This document shows positions 26,974 to 40,314 of a stretch of 64,000 bases of DNA, piece by piece. The notes beneath the pieces were generated by a model that made no database searches, was not told the origin of the DNA, and saw only the letters and a list, made by a program, of their open reading frames with translations. The translations under genes and the position numbers were made by a program. Positions within the stretch are counted from its first letter, which is position 1. Each line of letters opens with the position of its first letter. The DNA is from Octopus sinensis (lineage: Eukaryota), in NCBI RefSeq assembly GCF_006345805.1, contig NC_042999.1, forward strand, positions 78,864,001 through 78,928,000, written 5' to 3'.

Positions 26974-27430
26974 GTGGTAAAGACACTTTTCAACTGATCA
27001 TTCAGTATCTCACTGATCCTGGTTGGACTATTTGCGAGGGAGCCATCCTTCTGGAAGAGGGGTCCTATGTTGCTCTCTTCCTCACATAGGATTATTGCAG
27101 GCTTTTTTCAATCTCCATGAGTGTTGTTTTTAGGCGGGCCCTTTCTCTACATTTGGAATGCTGGTTGATGCGTTTTGCAACCTTCGTCCGTCGTCTCATG
27201 AGGATCTTCCTCTCCCTTGGAAACTTGTTCCTTTTTGTGTTGGCTTTGTGCTCTGGAACATATTTCTGGCATATGGTTTGCACAACAGGCATGAAATGTT
27301 CTAGTCTCGAGCCAATGTCTAGTGTGGAAAGACATTTTGGCCAGTCCTGCCTGAGGATCTCTTTTGGATCGATTTCCGGTCTGCTTTCTGGTAGTTCAGA
27401 TTGGAGAGATTTGGGGTGCTTACTTTAGGC
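26974..27430 (-). mobile_element. CR1-group LINE ORF2 fragment (endonuclease-RT linker)
   Basis: The minus strand gives ...PRERKILMRRRTK... then IGPLFQKDGSLANSPTRISEILNDQLKSVFT, matching the CR1 IGPL...EILNxQFxSVFT motif. Confidence 0.8.
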
Positions 27431-27443
27431 TATATGTCTAAAG

Positions 27444-27481
<38 letters not shown>

Positions 27482-27575
27482 AGATGATATTTATAATTAA
27501 TAGTTTTATATATTCGTATGTAGAAACATTATTATTTCTAAATCTCACAAGGAGAGACATTCAGTAACAGTACTT

Positions 27576-27968
27576 TAAAGTAAAGATTATTTGCTAACAT
27601 AATGTGGCAGTCTTGGATGGGACGAATGTTACTGTTGTTTAGCCCCAAGAAATGTTATCTCCAGCAGGCTATACGAAACAATATCTGTGTCCTTATATTT
27701 TCGAACAGGGGAGATCAGCAGCGGTGATTCAGCAGCTACGTCTATCCGAGCAGGTATTCTGTGCTGATAAAGTGCAATAACCCAGAAACCGGTCCACAAT
27801 TGTTGCTTTGTGCTGGATGGGGCTGATGAGCTCCCCTGTTGGAAAATATAAGGACACACATTTTGTGTAGTATTGCCAGATGGAAACGGCATTGCATGGG
27901 GCTAAACGACAGGAACATTCGTCTCATCCAGGACTTCCACATTATGTTGGCAAATAGTCTTTACTTTA
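27576..27968. mobile_element. MITE with about 140-bp TIRs and TA ends (Tc1/mariner-type)
   Basis: TA|AAGTAAAGATTATTTGCTAACATAATGTGG... versus ...CCACATTATGTTGGCAAATAGTCTTTACTT|TA. Confidence 0.85.
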
Positions 27969-28121
27969 TGTGTATATATGTATTTACCTATGTATGTATT
28001 CATGTATGTATATATATAAAAAAATTGAATTTGGTTTACGCAGAAAAAAAACAAACAAGGAGACGAAGGCAAGTGCAGGTGAGATAGTGACAAAATAATA
28101 TTAATAGGAAAAAGGGAACAA

Positions 28122-28543
28122 AGGCATCGAGGTGACAGAATCATTTTTACGCCGGGTGAAATGCCTTTCGCCCGTCTTTACGTTGTGAGTTCAAATTCCG
28201 CCGTGGTCCACCTTGCCTTTCATCCCTTTCATGGTCGACAAAATAAGTACCGGTGTATCGCTGGGCTCGATGCAATTGACTTACGCCCTTCACCGACATT
28301 GTGCCAATGTTTGAAACTTACATGAGAAAGAGAATTAAAGATGGCGTGCTGGCAGAATCGTTATCACGCCGGGCGAAATGCCTTTCGTCCGTCTTAAAGT
28401 TCTGATTTGTAACGTCGCTGAAGTAGACTTTGCTCTCCATCCCTTTCAGGGTGGATAAACTATGTACTAGATGAGTACTGGCCTGGATGTAATTAATTTA
28501 GTCCTTCCCCCGAAATTGCTGGCCTTGTGCTAAAATTTGAAAC
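28122..28543 (+). mobile_element. Two tandem SINE family B copies
   Basis: Heads at about 28122 and 28338 (CAGAATC...ACGCCGGG(T/C)GAAATGCC), each with a tail ending TTGTGC(C/T)AA...TTTGAAAC. Confidence 0.85.
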
Positions 28544-28860
28544 AAATATGAAAAGGGTAACAATGGCTGCATCGTGGTGGTGATGGTGGTGATGGAGAGA
28601 ATGCAAATGACTTTTTAGATGTAATAATAAGTAAGAGTGGGGTAGAAATAGCTAGAATGATAGGGAGATGGATGACGACGTGGAACTTATATGAGGAATT
28701 GGATTCTAAGAGAAGCAGAAAGAAAAGGGTGGAGAATAGATGTAATAGCAGGAAATCACATTTAGCAGAATCTCAGAGAAGTATGAAAGCGAGAGAGAGA
28801 GAGGGAGAGCGACTGAGAAAAAGTTAGAGAGAGAGAAAGAGAGAAAGAGACTGAGAGAGT

Positions 28861-28901
<41 letters not shown>

Positions 28902-29350
28902 CTATGAGTAAATTAGAGAGCGAAACAGAGAGGCAGACAGAGAGGGTGGATTGAAAGAGTAAGATTTAAAATATATTTTATACAGAAATAGAAATATGCA
29001 GAAAAGAAAGAAAAACAAAGACAACAAACGAAGAGACAACAACGGTGCTAATGACACATAAAGGAAAAAGGACATGATAAAGTCCCTCAGTTATTCACAT
29101 AATTTCGGGCTCAAACTAATTCCCATTTCGACTAATGAACTGTTGTAAGTGATCAAGAGTAATCTGTCTCACCTTTGTCTTCACCTGTGCCCGCAGTCAA
29201 GAGTCAATTCAAAAATTCCCTTTGTGGAAAGCAATTTCTGTTTTGACTCTGATTTTTCTGCTTTAATTAAACAAAATGAACGGCGAATATTTCTCTGCTT
29301 TACGTTATTTCGTTTTATTACAAAAGGAATTAAATAAAAATTTGAAAAAA

Positions 29351-29388
<38 letters not shown>

Positions 29389-30105
29389 ATATTATATATA
29401 TATATATATATATTATACAATATAGATATATACACATATATATATATCATATATTCACATATATGTATATTTATACACATATATTTGTACATATATATAT
29501 ATATATGTGTGTATACTATACACACACACACACACACACAATATATATATATATATACGCATATATATATAGACATATATATATACACACATATATGTAT
29601 ATTCATACACATTTGTACACACACACACACATATTATATATATATATATATATTATATATATTATATATATATATATATAATATAATGAGAAACAAATGA
29701 CTGTTTTTTTCTATTTTCCTTTTGTTTGTATAATAATGATAATGATAATGATAATAATAACAACAACAACAACAACAACAGCAACAACAACGATGTAGTT
29801 CTGTTGGAGATTCCTGTTTACCGTTTTGTTCTTTCCGTCACCGAGCGAAAAATTACCTTCGGGACACAAAGGAAAGAGAAAAGGGAAGAGTAGGAGAAGA
29901 AAGTAGAAAGAGAAAAGGAAAATGAACCGGGAGGAGGAGGAGGACATGGAGGAAAAGGGTTTTTGTCTGTATATTTGTTCTTTTCTAAATTTATGATAAT
30001 TAAAGTTTCTATGACAAAAGAATTTTTCATTGTTTCAGTTTTCCAACAAATTTTTCAAATTTTCCGATAAACTCTTCGTGATTATTATTATTATTATTAT
30101 TATTA

Positions 30106-30142
<37 letters not shown>

Positions 30143-30181
30143 GTTATTATTTGTTATTATTTTGTTATTATTATTATTTTA

Positions 30182-30226
<45 letters not shown>

Positions 30227-30633
30227 TATTATTATTTTATTATTATTATTATTATTTCCTATGTACACTTTAGTTTTATTTATTTAGATATAATTAGAGG
30301 TAGAAACGGGTAGGTGCGGAGGTGGGTGAATGTTGAGGTGAGAACTTGTACTTTTTTTGTGCATTTATTGTTTTTGTTTGCCAGTGATGTGCGTGTGTGA
30401 TGAAGGAGGAGGACAGAAAATAGGGACGAAAGGTGATAATAAAAATAAAGAAACAGCTTGTTTAAATATTTTCTCGATTCTGTATATTTTTGTTATTTAT
30501 TGTATTTTTTGAAAAATTAGAATAAAAAATGGATCAAAATAAAAAAAACAAAATTTAATACAAGGAACGAAGAAAACCTTATGTTATGTGGATGTTTTCT
30601 TTTTGTTGAAGTCAACGCCTTTTCCCTGTTTAC

Positions 30634-30716
<83 letters not shown>

Positions 30717-30721
30717 ATTTA

Positions 30722-31587
30722 TCGGTCTATGGAGGATTAGTGGCAGGGAGGTGTGACGACGTTCTTGGGGGGACTCTGACCCGCCTCTTCAGGACCGCTT
30801 TCAGACCAGGACCTATGGACAATTTCTAACGATCCCTGGTCTGGCAGTACTGTCGGGAAGCATTGCCCGTTCAAGATAAGCTCTACAGACACGGTTCAAG
30901 AAAACCCGACCGACCTGCGTGAGATGCGGTCAGAGCGACGAAACCGTTCTGCACGTACTCGTGCAATGTCCAAAAATTTCAGACTGTGGGGCTATATCGA
31001 ACGGCTGCTGTCACGAGTGCGACGAATTCGGTTGTCAACCGAGTCTGTCATGAATATTGCCCCGCCACCTTCCTTTAAGCGAGAAGGCAAGGAACTTTCA
31101 TTATACTGGTGGCTATGGCGAAAGAATGTGCATGGTGGATTCGTTTGAAAGGTTTAGAGACAAACACTTTCCTCTCTGGTCAACCTCTTATCAACCTTTC
31201 CAAGTGGTGAGAATAGAGAGGGACGTTTTTGTCTAATGTAAAATTTAACAAAGGGTGGGTAAATATGGTGAGGATGGTAGGCATGAATGACGGAACTACC
31301 TTGAGCGTGATCCTATAAAACAACGAGAGTAAGAGAGCTTTAACCTTATGATAGTTTCCTTTTTCGTTTCCGAGGTTACCGTGATTCTTTTCCGTAGGTT
31401 TTTCTTTCCACGGATAAACCCAGTCAATATTATATTTACTCCTCCTTTTGGGAACTGTTAAAAACGACACTTGTTATTTTCTTGTGTACACGTCCCAAAA
31501 TGTGTTCGATCCCTTTTGATCGTTTTCGAAAAGGAAAATCCTACATTCTATTGTCTCCTCTGTGTACGGTCTTGCGTGGCTAATAAA
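30722..31587 (+). mobile_element. 5'-truncated Tx1-clade LINE (ORF2 C-terminus plus 3' UTR)
   Basis: WQYCREALPVQDKLYRHG...CVRCGQSDETVLHVLVQC (CCHC finger at 30916-30969), stop at 31316-31318, AATAAA at 31582-31587, and TATC repeats on both sides. Confidence 0.85.
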
Positions 31588-31730
<143 letters not shown>

Positions 31731-31740
31731 GACTGTCTGC

Positions 31741-31833
<93 letters not shown>

Positions 31834-32145
31834 CTGTTTGCCAGCTAGTTACATAGGTAGGTAAATAGATGGGTTAAATAACTACCACTCTATCTATCTA
31901 TCTAATATATTTCTCTATTTCTTTCTCTCATTCTGACTATCTTTCTCTCTCTCGCTCTCATTCAAACACACAAACGGACATATACCCATACTCACAGAAG
32001 CACAAATACATAAGCGTATACATTCGTTGTCACACACACATTCACACACTGTTTTAATTTCTGTTAATCAGTAACTACACAAAAGCTTTCTTCAAGTGGT
32101 CCCCATCTATCATCATCACCGTCAGTGTTGTAGTTGATGCTTTTG

Positions 32146-32176
<31 letters not shown>

Positions 32177-32180
32177 TGTT

Positions 32181-32221
<41 letters not shown>

Positions 32222-32539
32222 GAGGATGAAGTCATCATTGTTATTCAGAGTTGATAATGTGAGATGTTACATGGTGTTTAAATAAAGTGTTAATGTGTTC
32301 ATGGAAGGTGAGTTAAATTTTTTATAAATAAATGAATGAATGAATAAATAAATAAATAAATAAATATAAATCATCTTCACTCCGTTTACGAACCAACGAA
32401 TGAAGCTATATATGTCGGCCTGCTACTGTTAATAGCCAAATCTACTTCAAATGACACCTCATCGTCATATAAATTGATATAAATACCATAATATAGGTTG
32501 AGGAAGATTTCATTGGAACTGAAAAATGAGATTGCCACA

Positions 32540-32787
32540 TCTTGCTGGGGTCATATAGCTCTTGGGGTCTAATATAAGATTTTGCTGTTAAAATTTACGA
32601 GCAATGAACTGGTTACATTTCTACAATACACACAGTATTTAAACATTTTTGTATACAATTCATAATGATACTCAATCATAAAAATATAATGGGAGTTTTT
32701 AGACATCGAATAACTATGAGGGACCTCAGCCCTGAGTAAAATAGAAATTAAAGGGGTCCATAGGCAAAAAAGACTTGAGAACCACTG
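32540..32787. mobile_element. hAT-type MITE remnant
   Basis: Right end GGGGTCCATAGGCAAAAAGACTTGAGAACCACTG; same family as 42880-43143. Confidence 0.65.
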
Positions 32788-32923
32788 GGCTGGATTAAGG
32801 TTGGCTTGGAACGAAACAACACCACCACCAACAACAACAATTACAACAACTACAGCACCAACAAAAGTGTCCCTACACAGCCGCCGATCTAATACACTGA
32901 GCAGCCAAATCTCAAGTCAATCA

Positions 32924-33197
32924 TAATCCTAGGTATACTGTATGAAAAACTTGTATGATGGCCACAATTGGAGTCCCTTTGTTCTACGTCTGCTCAATGC
33001 TGGGATGGAGATAAATAAGAACAATTTGTAACTAGTCGTTTGATAGAATTGTCTTGAAGGACTCATTGGATAATATAATCCTAGGTATACTGTGTGAGAA
33101 AATGTACATGATGACCACGGTTGGAGTCTCTTTGTTCTATGTCTGCTCAATGCTGGGATGGAGATAAATAAGAAGAATTTGTAACTAGTTGTTTGAC
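32924..33197 (+). repeat. 152-bp-period tandem duplication (about 1.8 copies)
   Basis: TAATCCTAGGTATACTGT... starts at both 32924 and 33076. Confidence 0.9.
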
Positions 33198-34289
33198 AAA
33201 CGTGGTAGCCAAAGCTGAATCTATGACAATGAGGAAAGAAGACTGCTGGGAGAAGACAAGCCACTTATTTATGGTTTACCGGTGTCTATGATTTACACTA
33301 CAGAACATTTGCTATTTGTCTGGGTCAAATTAAGTAAAATAAGTGTGAACAAATACATCTACCTTCACAGCTTTATCACTAGTTTACTGATAACTTGTCA
33401 GCCACTCAGATCCTCGCAGATAGAGGTACTACAGACTGTAATTGAATGCATGTCTGTTGGAAGCCCAATCAGTCAAAAATCCTCAGCAAGAAAATAAAAA
33501 AAAATAGCTGGTAGGAGAATTCTGAAAGCATTTATTCCTGTGGAAAAATTTAAACAGGTCTCTGAATTATTGCACACAGCGATAATCTTTTTATTATACC
33601 AAGCACTACTATTTTTAAGTATAATATTATAGTCGACCACACAGTGAGTCTATGCCAAAATAAAACTGCTAGGCGAGGCTAGAAAGACATTAGGTAATAT
33701 TTCATGAAGCGGGAGTAGATGCTGTAATATATATCTAGTAGATCTCGGAAGGACTGGAATGTAACACTGCCATTGTCATATTTTTATGTCTTCAAAATTG
33801 CTGGTACTGCTCTGCGTCGAAAGTCTCACCCTTACTGCCCTTAGGGACAACTCGATAATGGAATTTGGTGGGGCTCAAAGGATTACAAAATTATTTGATA
33901 TCTCCCGAAAAACACTAGAGTTCTGTGTGGCGTAGGTGCCGAAAATATTCAAAGTTGCTTGGACATTTTATTGTTAAGAACCTTCGACAAGAGATATTAT
34001 GATGGTAGTGGTATAAAATATCATCTTTCAAAAATATCAATCGTCGAAGCGAGCAATCAACTGTCACGATTCTGGGAGATTTACTTTAAAGTGAGTTAAG
34101 TCAGCTTAGAGTTTTATGTAAAAACATTCATTTATGATAGATAGTTCTACGTTATGACCCTTCAGAATTACTTTTGAAATACACTACACTTTATGTGTTT
34201 ATGTAATACAGTTTATCATGTTCATGCATTGCACAAACATCCGGAAGTGACTACGAATTATTGGATTGATAGAAGTATTAGAGCCTCAG

Positions 34290-34653
34290 AGGAAATCCCT
34301 TTCCTGATGCTTTGTGTTCTGGGTTTAAGTCTTGTCGATGACAACACAATCTTTCATCTCCCACCTCTGGAATTGATAATATAAAGTACAAGTCAAGTAC
34401 TACAGTCGATGATATTAACTGACTCTTCCCCAAAACTTTATGAACTTTTGTCTAAATTAAAATCACACCTACCGATGTCAACTTACTCCTATATCAAAAT
34501 TTCAGGCCTTGTCTCTCAGTTACAAATTATTATTATTATCAATATGATTAAAACCCCACCGAGGTCGACTTTGCCTTTCATCTTTTCGGGGTCGATAAAA
34601 TAAGTACCAGTCAAGCATCGGTGTCAATGTAATCGGCTAGATCCGTCCCACCA

Positions 34654-34686
<33 letters not shown>

Positions 34687-35830
34687 GAGTGAGAGAGTAG
34701 TCCATGCCATCAAAGTGATACGGGTAAAATATACGAAGCCCAGTATACCCGTAGCGACATGGTCGACTTTGCGTTTCATACTTTCGGGAACGATATGATA
34801 AGTTCCAGTGGATTATTGGGGTCGATGTAATGGACTTACCCCCTATCCGAAATTGCTGGCCTTATGCCAAAAATTGAAATCGTTGTTTGTAATAAGGTGA
34901 AAGTAGTGAGGTGGCAGAATCGTTAGCCCGTTGAGCTCAATGTTTAGCGGCATGTCGTCCGTCTTTACGTTCTGAGTTCTAATTCCACCGAGGTCGACTT
35001 TGTCTTTCGTCCTTTTGGGGTCGATAAATAAATTGCCAGTGAAACTGTAATTGACTAGTTTCCATTCTCCAAATTTCAGGCCTTGGGCCTTTAATAGAAA
35101 GAATTATTATTAAGGTGGCGATTGAGAGAATCGTTGGCATGCCGGACAAAATGCTCAGCGGTGTTTCGTCCGCCTATGTGTTCTGAATTCAAATTCCGCG
35201 GAAGTCGACTTTGTTTTTCATCCTTTTGGGGTCGATAAAGTAAGCACCAGTTGAACACTGTAATCGACTCATGTAATCGACTCATCCCACCTCCTAAATT
35301 ACTAATCTTGTGCCAAAATGTGATGCCATTATTATTGTTATTATTATCAATATCATCAATACTCTCATCTGATGGTTGCGAGCTGACAGAATCGTATGGA
35401 CGTCGGACAGAATGCTTAGCGGCATTTACACCTTTACGTTCTGAGTTCAAAACCCGCTGAGACCGAGTTTGCCTTTCATTCTTTTGGAGCCGTTAAAATA
35501 AGTACCAGTTGTGTACTGGAGACGATGTAATCGACTTACCCCCTTCCTCCGAAGTTGCTGGTCTTCTACCGAAATTTGAAGCCGTTCTTATTCTTATCAT
35601 CATCAATAAGGCGGCGAGCTGGCAGAATCGTTAGCACGCCGGGCCAAATGCTTAGCGGTGTTTCGCCCGACGCTACGTTCTGAGTTCAAAATCTGCCGAG
35701 GTCGAGACTTTGCCGTACATCTTTGCGGAGTCGATGAATTAAATAGCAGTCATATACTGGGCTTAATGTGATCGACTTATCCCCTACCCCAAAGTTTCAG
35801 GCCTTGTGCCTACAGCAGAAAGGATCATTA
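34290..35830 (+). mobile_element. Array of about 7 co-oriented SINE family B copies and fragments
   Basis: GTCGACTTTG...GGGGTCGAT bodies recur at about 34563, 34762, 34993, 35204, 35460 and 35703, separated by (ATT/ATC)n tails. Confidence 0.85.
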
Positions 35831-36166
35831 TCAATATCATCAGTACCCTCATCCTTATATTCGTTCCCGCTGTCATAAACCATCACCAACACATCAACCG
35901 CCGCCACCATCATCAGTAAATAAATAGATAAATTATCGAATTCGGTAGACATCGTTTTTTATTCGCCCAGACACGGTTCCTTCTCACTAATGTATGTTTT
36001 TTACTCTATGTAGCGTAGTTTTCCATCGAGATTGTTAAAAAATGTTCCAAGTTTATATATTCACATGTTTTTATATATTGTTGACATTTTATTTTTTCTT
36101 GTTTTTTTTGTATTGTTTATTATTGATATGTATATGTATATGAATATGTATATGTATGTATATACT

Positions 36167-36243
<77 letters not shown>

Positions 36244-36392
36244 TATGCTGGGTTCTTTTTTAATAAAAGTGTCAGGTTCAAAAATATCTTGTTTTACAAT
36301 TCGTCCGCTATATCTCATATATTAAGGAGTTAATTGAATGGCGAGCGATAATAATAATAATGTTAATGATGATGATAATGATAAGAAGGAGA

Positions 36393-36462
<70 letters not shown>

Positions 36463-36728
36463 TATATAGGTGTGTGTGTGTTTAATACATTTATAATATA
36501 TATATATATATATAGAGAGAGAGACATTTATATATATACACACACACACAAATGTGTATATAAACATATGTATATACATATCAAACTCAAACATTTGTGT
36601 ATATATGTATATATACACGTTTGTATTATATGTATTTACATCTTTGTCTAATTATTTACATAATGTATAAGGACATCTACCTACCTACCTACCTACATAC
36701 ATACCTACCTACCTACCTACCTACCTAC

Positions 36729-36872
<144 letters not shown>

Positions 36873-37042
36873 AATACGTATCTATTTGTTCTGCCTATCT
36901 ATACATATACAACTATATATACATACATATATATATGCATGTGTGTATGTATGTATATATATACATATATACATAAATATATACATGCATATATATAAAT
37001 GTATATGTATCTATATATATATATATATATCTATGTATGTAT

Positions 37043-37149
<107 letters not shown>

Positions 37150-37827
37150 TACACACACGTGTATACACACACACATCTACATATACATGTATGTGCAGAG
37201 TGGGGTTGATTGATGTTCGTATGTCTATTATAAAACGATATACAAAAAAAAACTATCCTTTTTATCTCTGTCACCATCTACTGCCATATAGATGCGTATG
37301 TAAACACGCAAACACAATGATACGTGCACAAGTGGAAGTACAAAACCCCGTTACCCACTTACGGTAAACTGAATATCATAGCTTACATATACACATTCAC
37401 AATGCTACCCGCATACACTTATACATGTCCACACGCAAACTCTAGCAAGTACATACGCAAATATCCGAATTGGTGAATGCTATATTATATTATTCTCGCA
37501 TCGCTTTAATTATTGTCAATTAGGCCGTTCTAAACAATTTATTTATATCTAGATTCTCGATGTATGACTCTAATTACATTCACATCATACCAATTTTCTA
37601 GATGTTTTTGGTAAAATGCATTCTTCATAATTCGAACGCAGGCGCTATAATCCATTATAATGTGCACACCCTTAACGCCCTCACCTCCGCCATACCACGA
37701 CCTTCTAAATTTCAACACTATTTCCTTATATTTTTCACTGATTATTATTTTTTTGTCTTTTTTTTTTCTGCTGACTTCGCTACAAATGCTACACGGAAAC
37801 ACAAATATTTGCGCGTGTGTGTGTATG

Positions 37828-37910
<83 letters not shown>

Positions 37911-38283
37911 CGTGTGTATATACTTATGTATAGTAAACATAAGATTGTATATAATGCTGCGTGCACATACATACACACACACATTTATAATTTTTATTTG
38001 GGAGTGTCTTTGTGAATGTGTGATCAGTTTTCTATTGTAAAGAAGTTTGCACAAAGAAATATACACTACTCTGTACAAGTGTTGAATAAAATATATTTTG
38101 TTATCGTCAGTGCATGAGATTAGCACATTTTAACTAATAGTTTCGTGTCAGAATTCATACAGCAGTCAATCGTCGGATGATGCACAATGAATAAATTTTC
38201 ATGAAGCTATATTTGTTCGTGTGAGTGTGTGTGGATTTGCTTGCACGTGTGCATGTGTGTTAATGTACCCATATGTATATGTT

Positions 38284-38320
<37 letters not shown>

Positions 38321-38604
38321 ATAAATATTAGGGAACAAATCCAAAATTACAGGGAAAAAAAATCAGATTTAGGATTAAATCCAATTTTATAGTAAAATAT
38401 TATATAATATTAATTCGAGACAAAACCACTATTTTGCAAATCAAACAAGGAAAGACTTAATCAATACATAAAAAATTTTAATATTTATTTATTTTAATTA
38501 TTTTAATTATTTATTTATTTATTTATTTACTTTATATTAAAAATGTTTATGTATTGATTAAGTCTTTCCTTGTTTGATTTGCAAAATAGTGGTTTTGTCT
38601 CGAA

Positions 38605-38617
<13 letters not shown>
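38321..38617. mobile_element. AT-rich fold-back element with perfect 72-bp inverted arms, between (TA)n tracts
   Basis: 38401-38472 is the exact reverse complement of 38546-38617. Confidence 0.8.
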
Positions 38618-38644
<27 letters not shown>

Positions 38645-38647
<3 letters not shown>

Positions 38648-38772
38648 TGGGTGAACAATCCAACGCTTAACCAGCAGGGTGGCGTCATTCGAAGGCTAAA
38701 ACAATGCGAACGCATTGTGACCAGCGATGTGTAACAACATCTGATGGTCTGGTCGGTCACGTGATCACGTGA
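38645..38772. other. Short highly structured interspersed-type element ending in a 16-bp palindrome
   Basis: Hairpin ACAATGCG-AA-CGCATTGT, nested GACCAG/CTGGTC and GATGT/ACATC stems, and terminal TCACGTGATCACGTGA followed by (TA)n. Confidence 0.5.
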
Positions 38773-38899
38773 TATATATATATATGTACATATATATATA
38801 CATATATTTCTATATGTATATATGTGTGTATGTATGTATGTATGTATGTATGCATATATATATATATATGCATATATATATATATATATCTTCCTCAGA

Positions 38900-39565
38900 C
38901 TGATGCCTGTATGCGAACAGCTATGCTACATACCAGTGAAACATGGGCTGTGACCACCGAGGACATGCGTAGGCTTGCGAGAGATGAAGCTGGCATGTTT
39001 CGCTGGATGTGCAATGTCACAGTGCATCTACCTCAGAGTGTAGGAATCTTGAGAGAAAAGTTGGGCATTAAAATTATCAGATGTGGTGTGCAAGAGGGAC
39101 GACTGTGCTTGTATGATCACTTGATGCGTATGGACGAGGATAGCTGTGTAAAGAAGTGCCGATCTCTAACTGTGGAGAGAAGCTGCAGTAGAAGTAGACA
39201 CAGGAAGTCTTGGGACGTTTTGGTGAAGCATGATCGTCGGACTTTGGGCTTCACGGAGGCAATAACTAGTGACCGAGAACATTGTCGATATGCCGTGCTT
39301 GAGAAAACCCTTCAAACCAAGTGAAATTTTAGCGAAATAATGGCACGTAAAAAGCACTTTTCGAGCGTTGGCCTTCACGAAGGCAATGACAAATGACCAA
39401 GACCTTTGGTAATATGCCATTCTTAAGTAGAAGAGCATTCAGCCCTAGAAAGCATGCAAAATTAAACTGGAGTCTGGTGCAGCCCCTCATTTTACCATCC
39501 CTAGTCAAACCGTCCAACGCATGACAGCATGGACAACGGGCGTTAAATGATAATGATGATGATGA
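38900..39565 (+). mobile_element. 5'-truncated RTE-clade LINE (ORF C-terminus, 3' UTR, (GAT)n tail)
   Basis: DACMRTAMLHTSETWAVTTEDMRRL...RWMCNV...LREKLGI...RKSWDVLVKHD. The stop is at 39322-39324 and the tail is AATGATAATGATGATGATGA. Confidence 0.9.
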
Positions 39566-39582
39566 TATATGTATGTATTCAC

Positions 39583-39818
39583 CTTCTTGGCTTCGCTTCG
39601 CGAACAAAGAGTAAGAAGAGACTGGTCCACATTGTCTGCAGACGCGCTTGCTGACAAGGTCAATATCAAGACAGAAAGGTACGACTGCAGTGGCTACAGT
39701 TGAATGTCTGGTCAGGATTTGATAACGTGGTTTTTGTGGTTCTTCCTCCTGCAACTTTTTTCCTTTGTTCATCTTTGAGCGTTGCTCTGCGAGTATTATC
39801 GAGGAGGAAACAGCAAGG
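39583..39818 (-). mobile_element. RTE-BovB-type LINE 3' end
   Basis: The minus strand gives ...DQTFNCSHCSRTFLS (C-terminal C2H2-type motif) and a short tail TTCGCGAAGCGAAGCC. Confidence 0.7.
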
Positions 39819-39867
<49 letters not shown>

Positions 39868-40069
39868 AAATAGAAAGATGAATAATCTTATTGCAGATTA
39901 ATCAAAAGTTTAACCGATACCTTGGTAGCAAAAATCACAGCAGAAGACAGCACGGTTGGAGGTACAACCATATGGTGTTGCAACCATGCGTTGGTGCGGA
40001 TAATTTAATTTTAATATTATTAGTGAATTGAAGAAATGGAGTTGAACGAAGATTGAACAGAAATCGTTT

Positions 40070-40162
40070 TATTGCATTCTACACGTGTTTCGAAAGCTAC
40101 AATTTACCAAATTCCGATTGAATAAGGTGACCATATTGTGTCTTTCTCTTCAGGAAGAAATA
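40070..40162 (-). ncRNA. Type I hammerhead ribozyme (mirror copy)
   Basis: Reverse complement of 40315-40407. It has the same core CTGAAGA / GAAAC / GTA, with one extra stem II mismatch. Confidence 0.75.
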
Positions 40163-40314
40163 GGAAATCCGTTGGCAAAAACAAAAACAGAACAGAGGCG
40201 CAGCAAAACAAATCGAACGAGGCTCCTAAGAGTTTGGCCATGGGCTCTTAGGAGCCTCGTTCGATTTGTTTTGCTGCGCCTCTGTTCTGTTTTTGTTTTT
40301 GCCAACGGATTTCC

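Noticed and set aside
29197-29340. Strong-looking + strand acceptor (also 54872 and 55706) and minus-strand donors near 29172 and 45315
   Set aside because: No matching partner splice site with an open, meaningful frame. They are indistinguishable from background without RNA data.
34290-35830. CRISPR-like array, or Dong LINE as the mobiliser of SINE-B
   Set aside because: The units are about 200-bp SINEs in a eukaryotic context with no cas genes. The SINE tail is (ATT)n on its sense strand, the opposite polarity to a (TAA)n Dong tail, and no shared 3' sequence is visible.
38824-39324. 166-aa ORF as a host gene
   Set aside because: The N-terminus is microsatellite and the remainder is an RTE LINE C-terminus.
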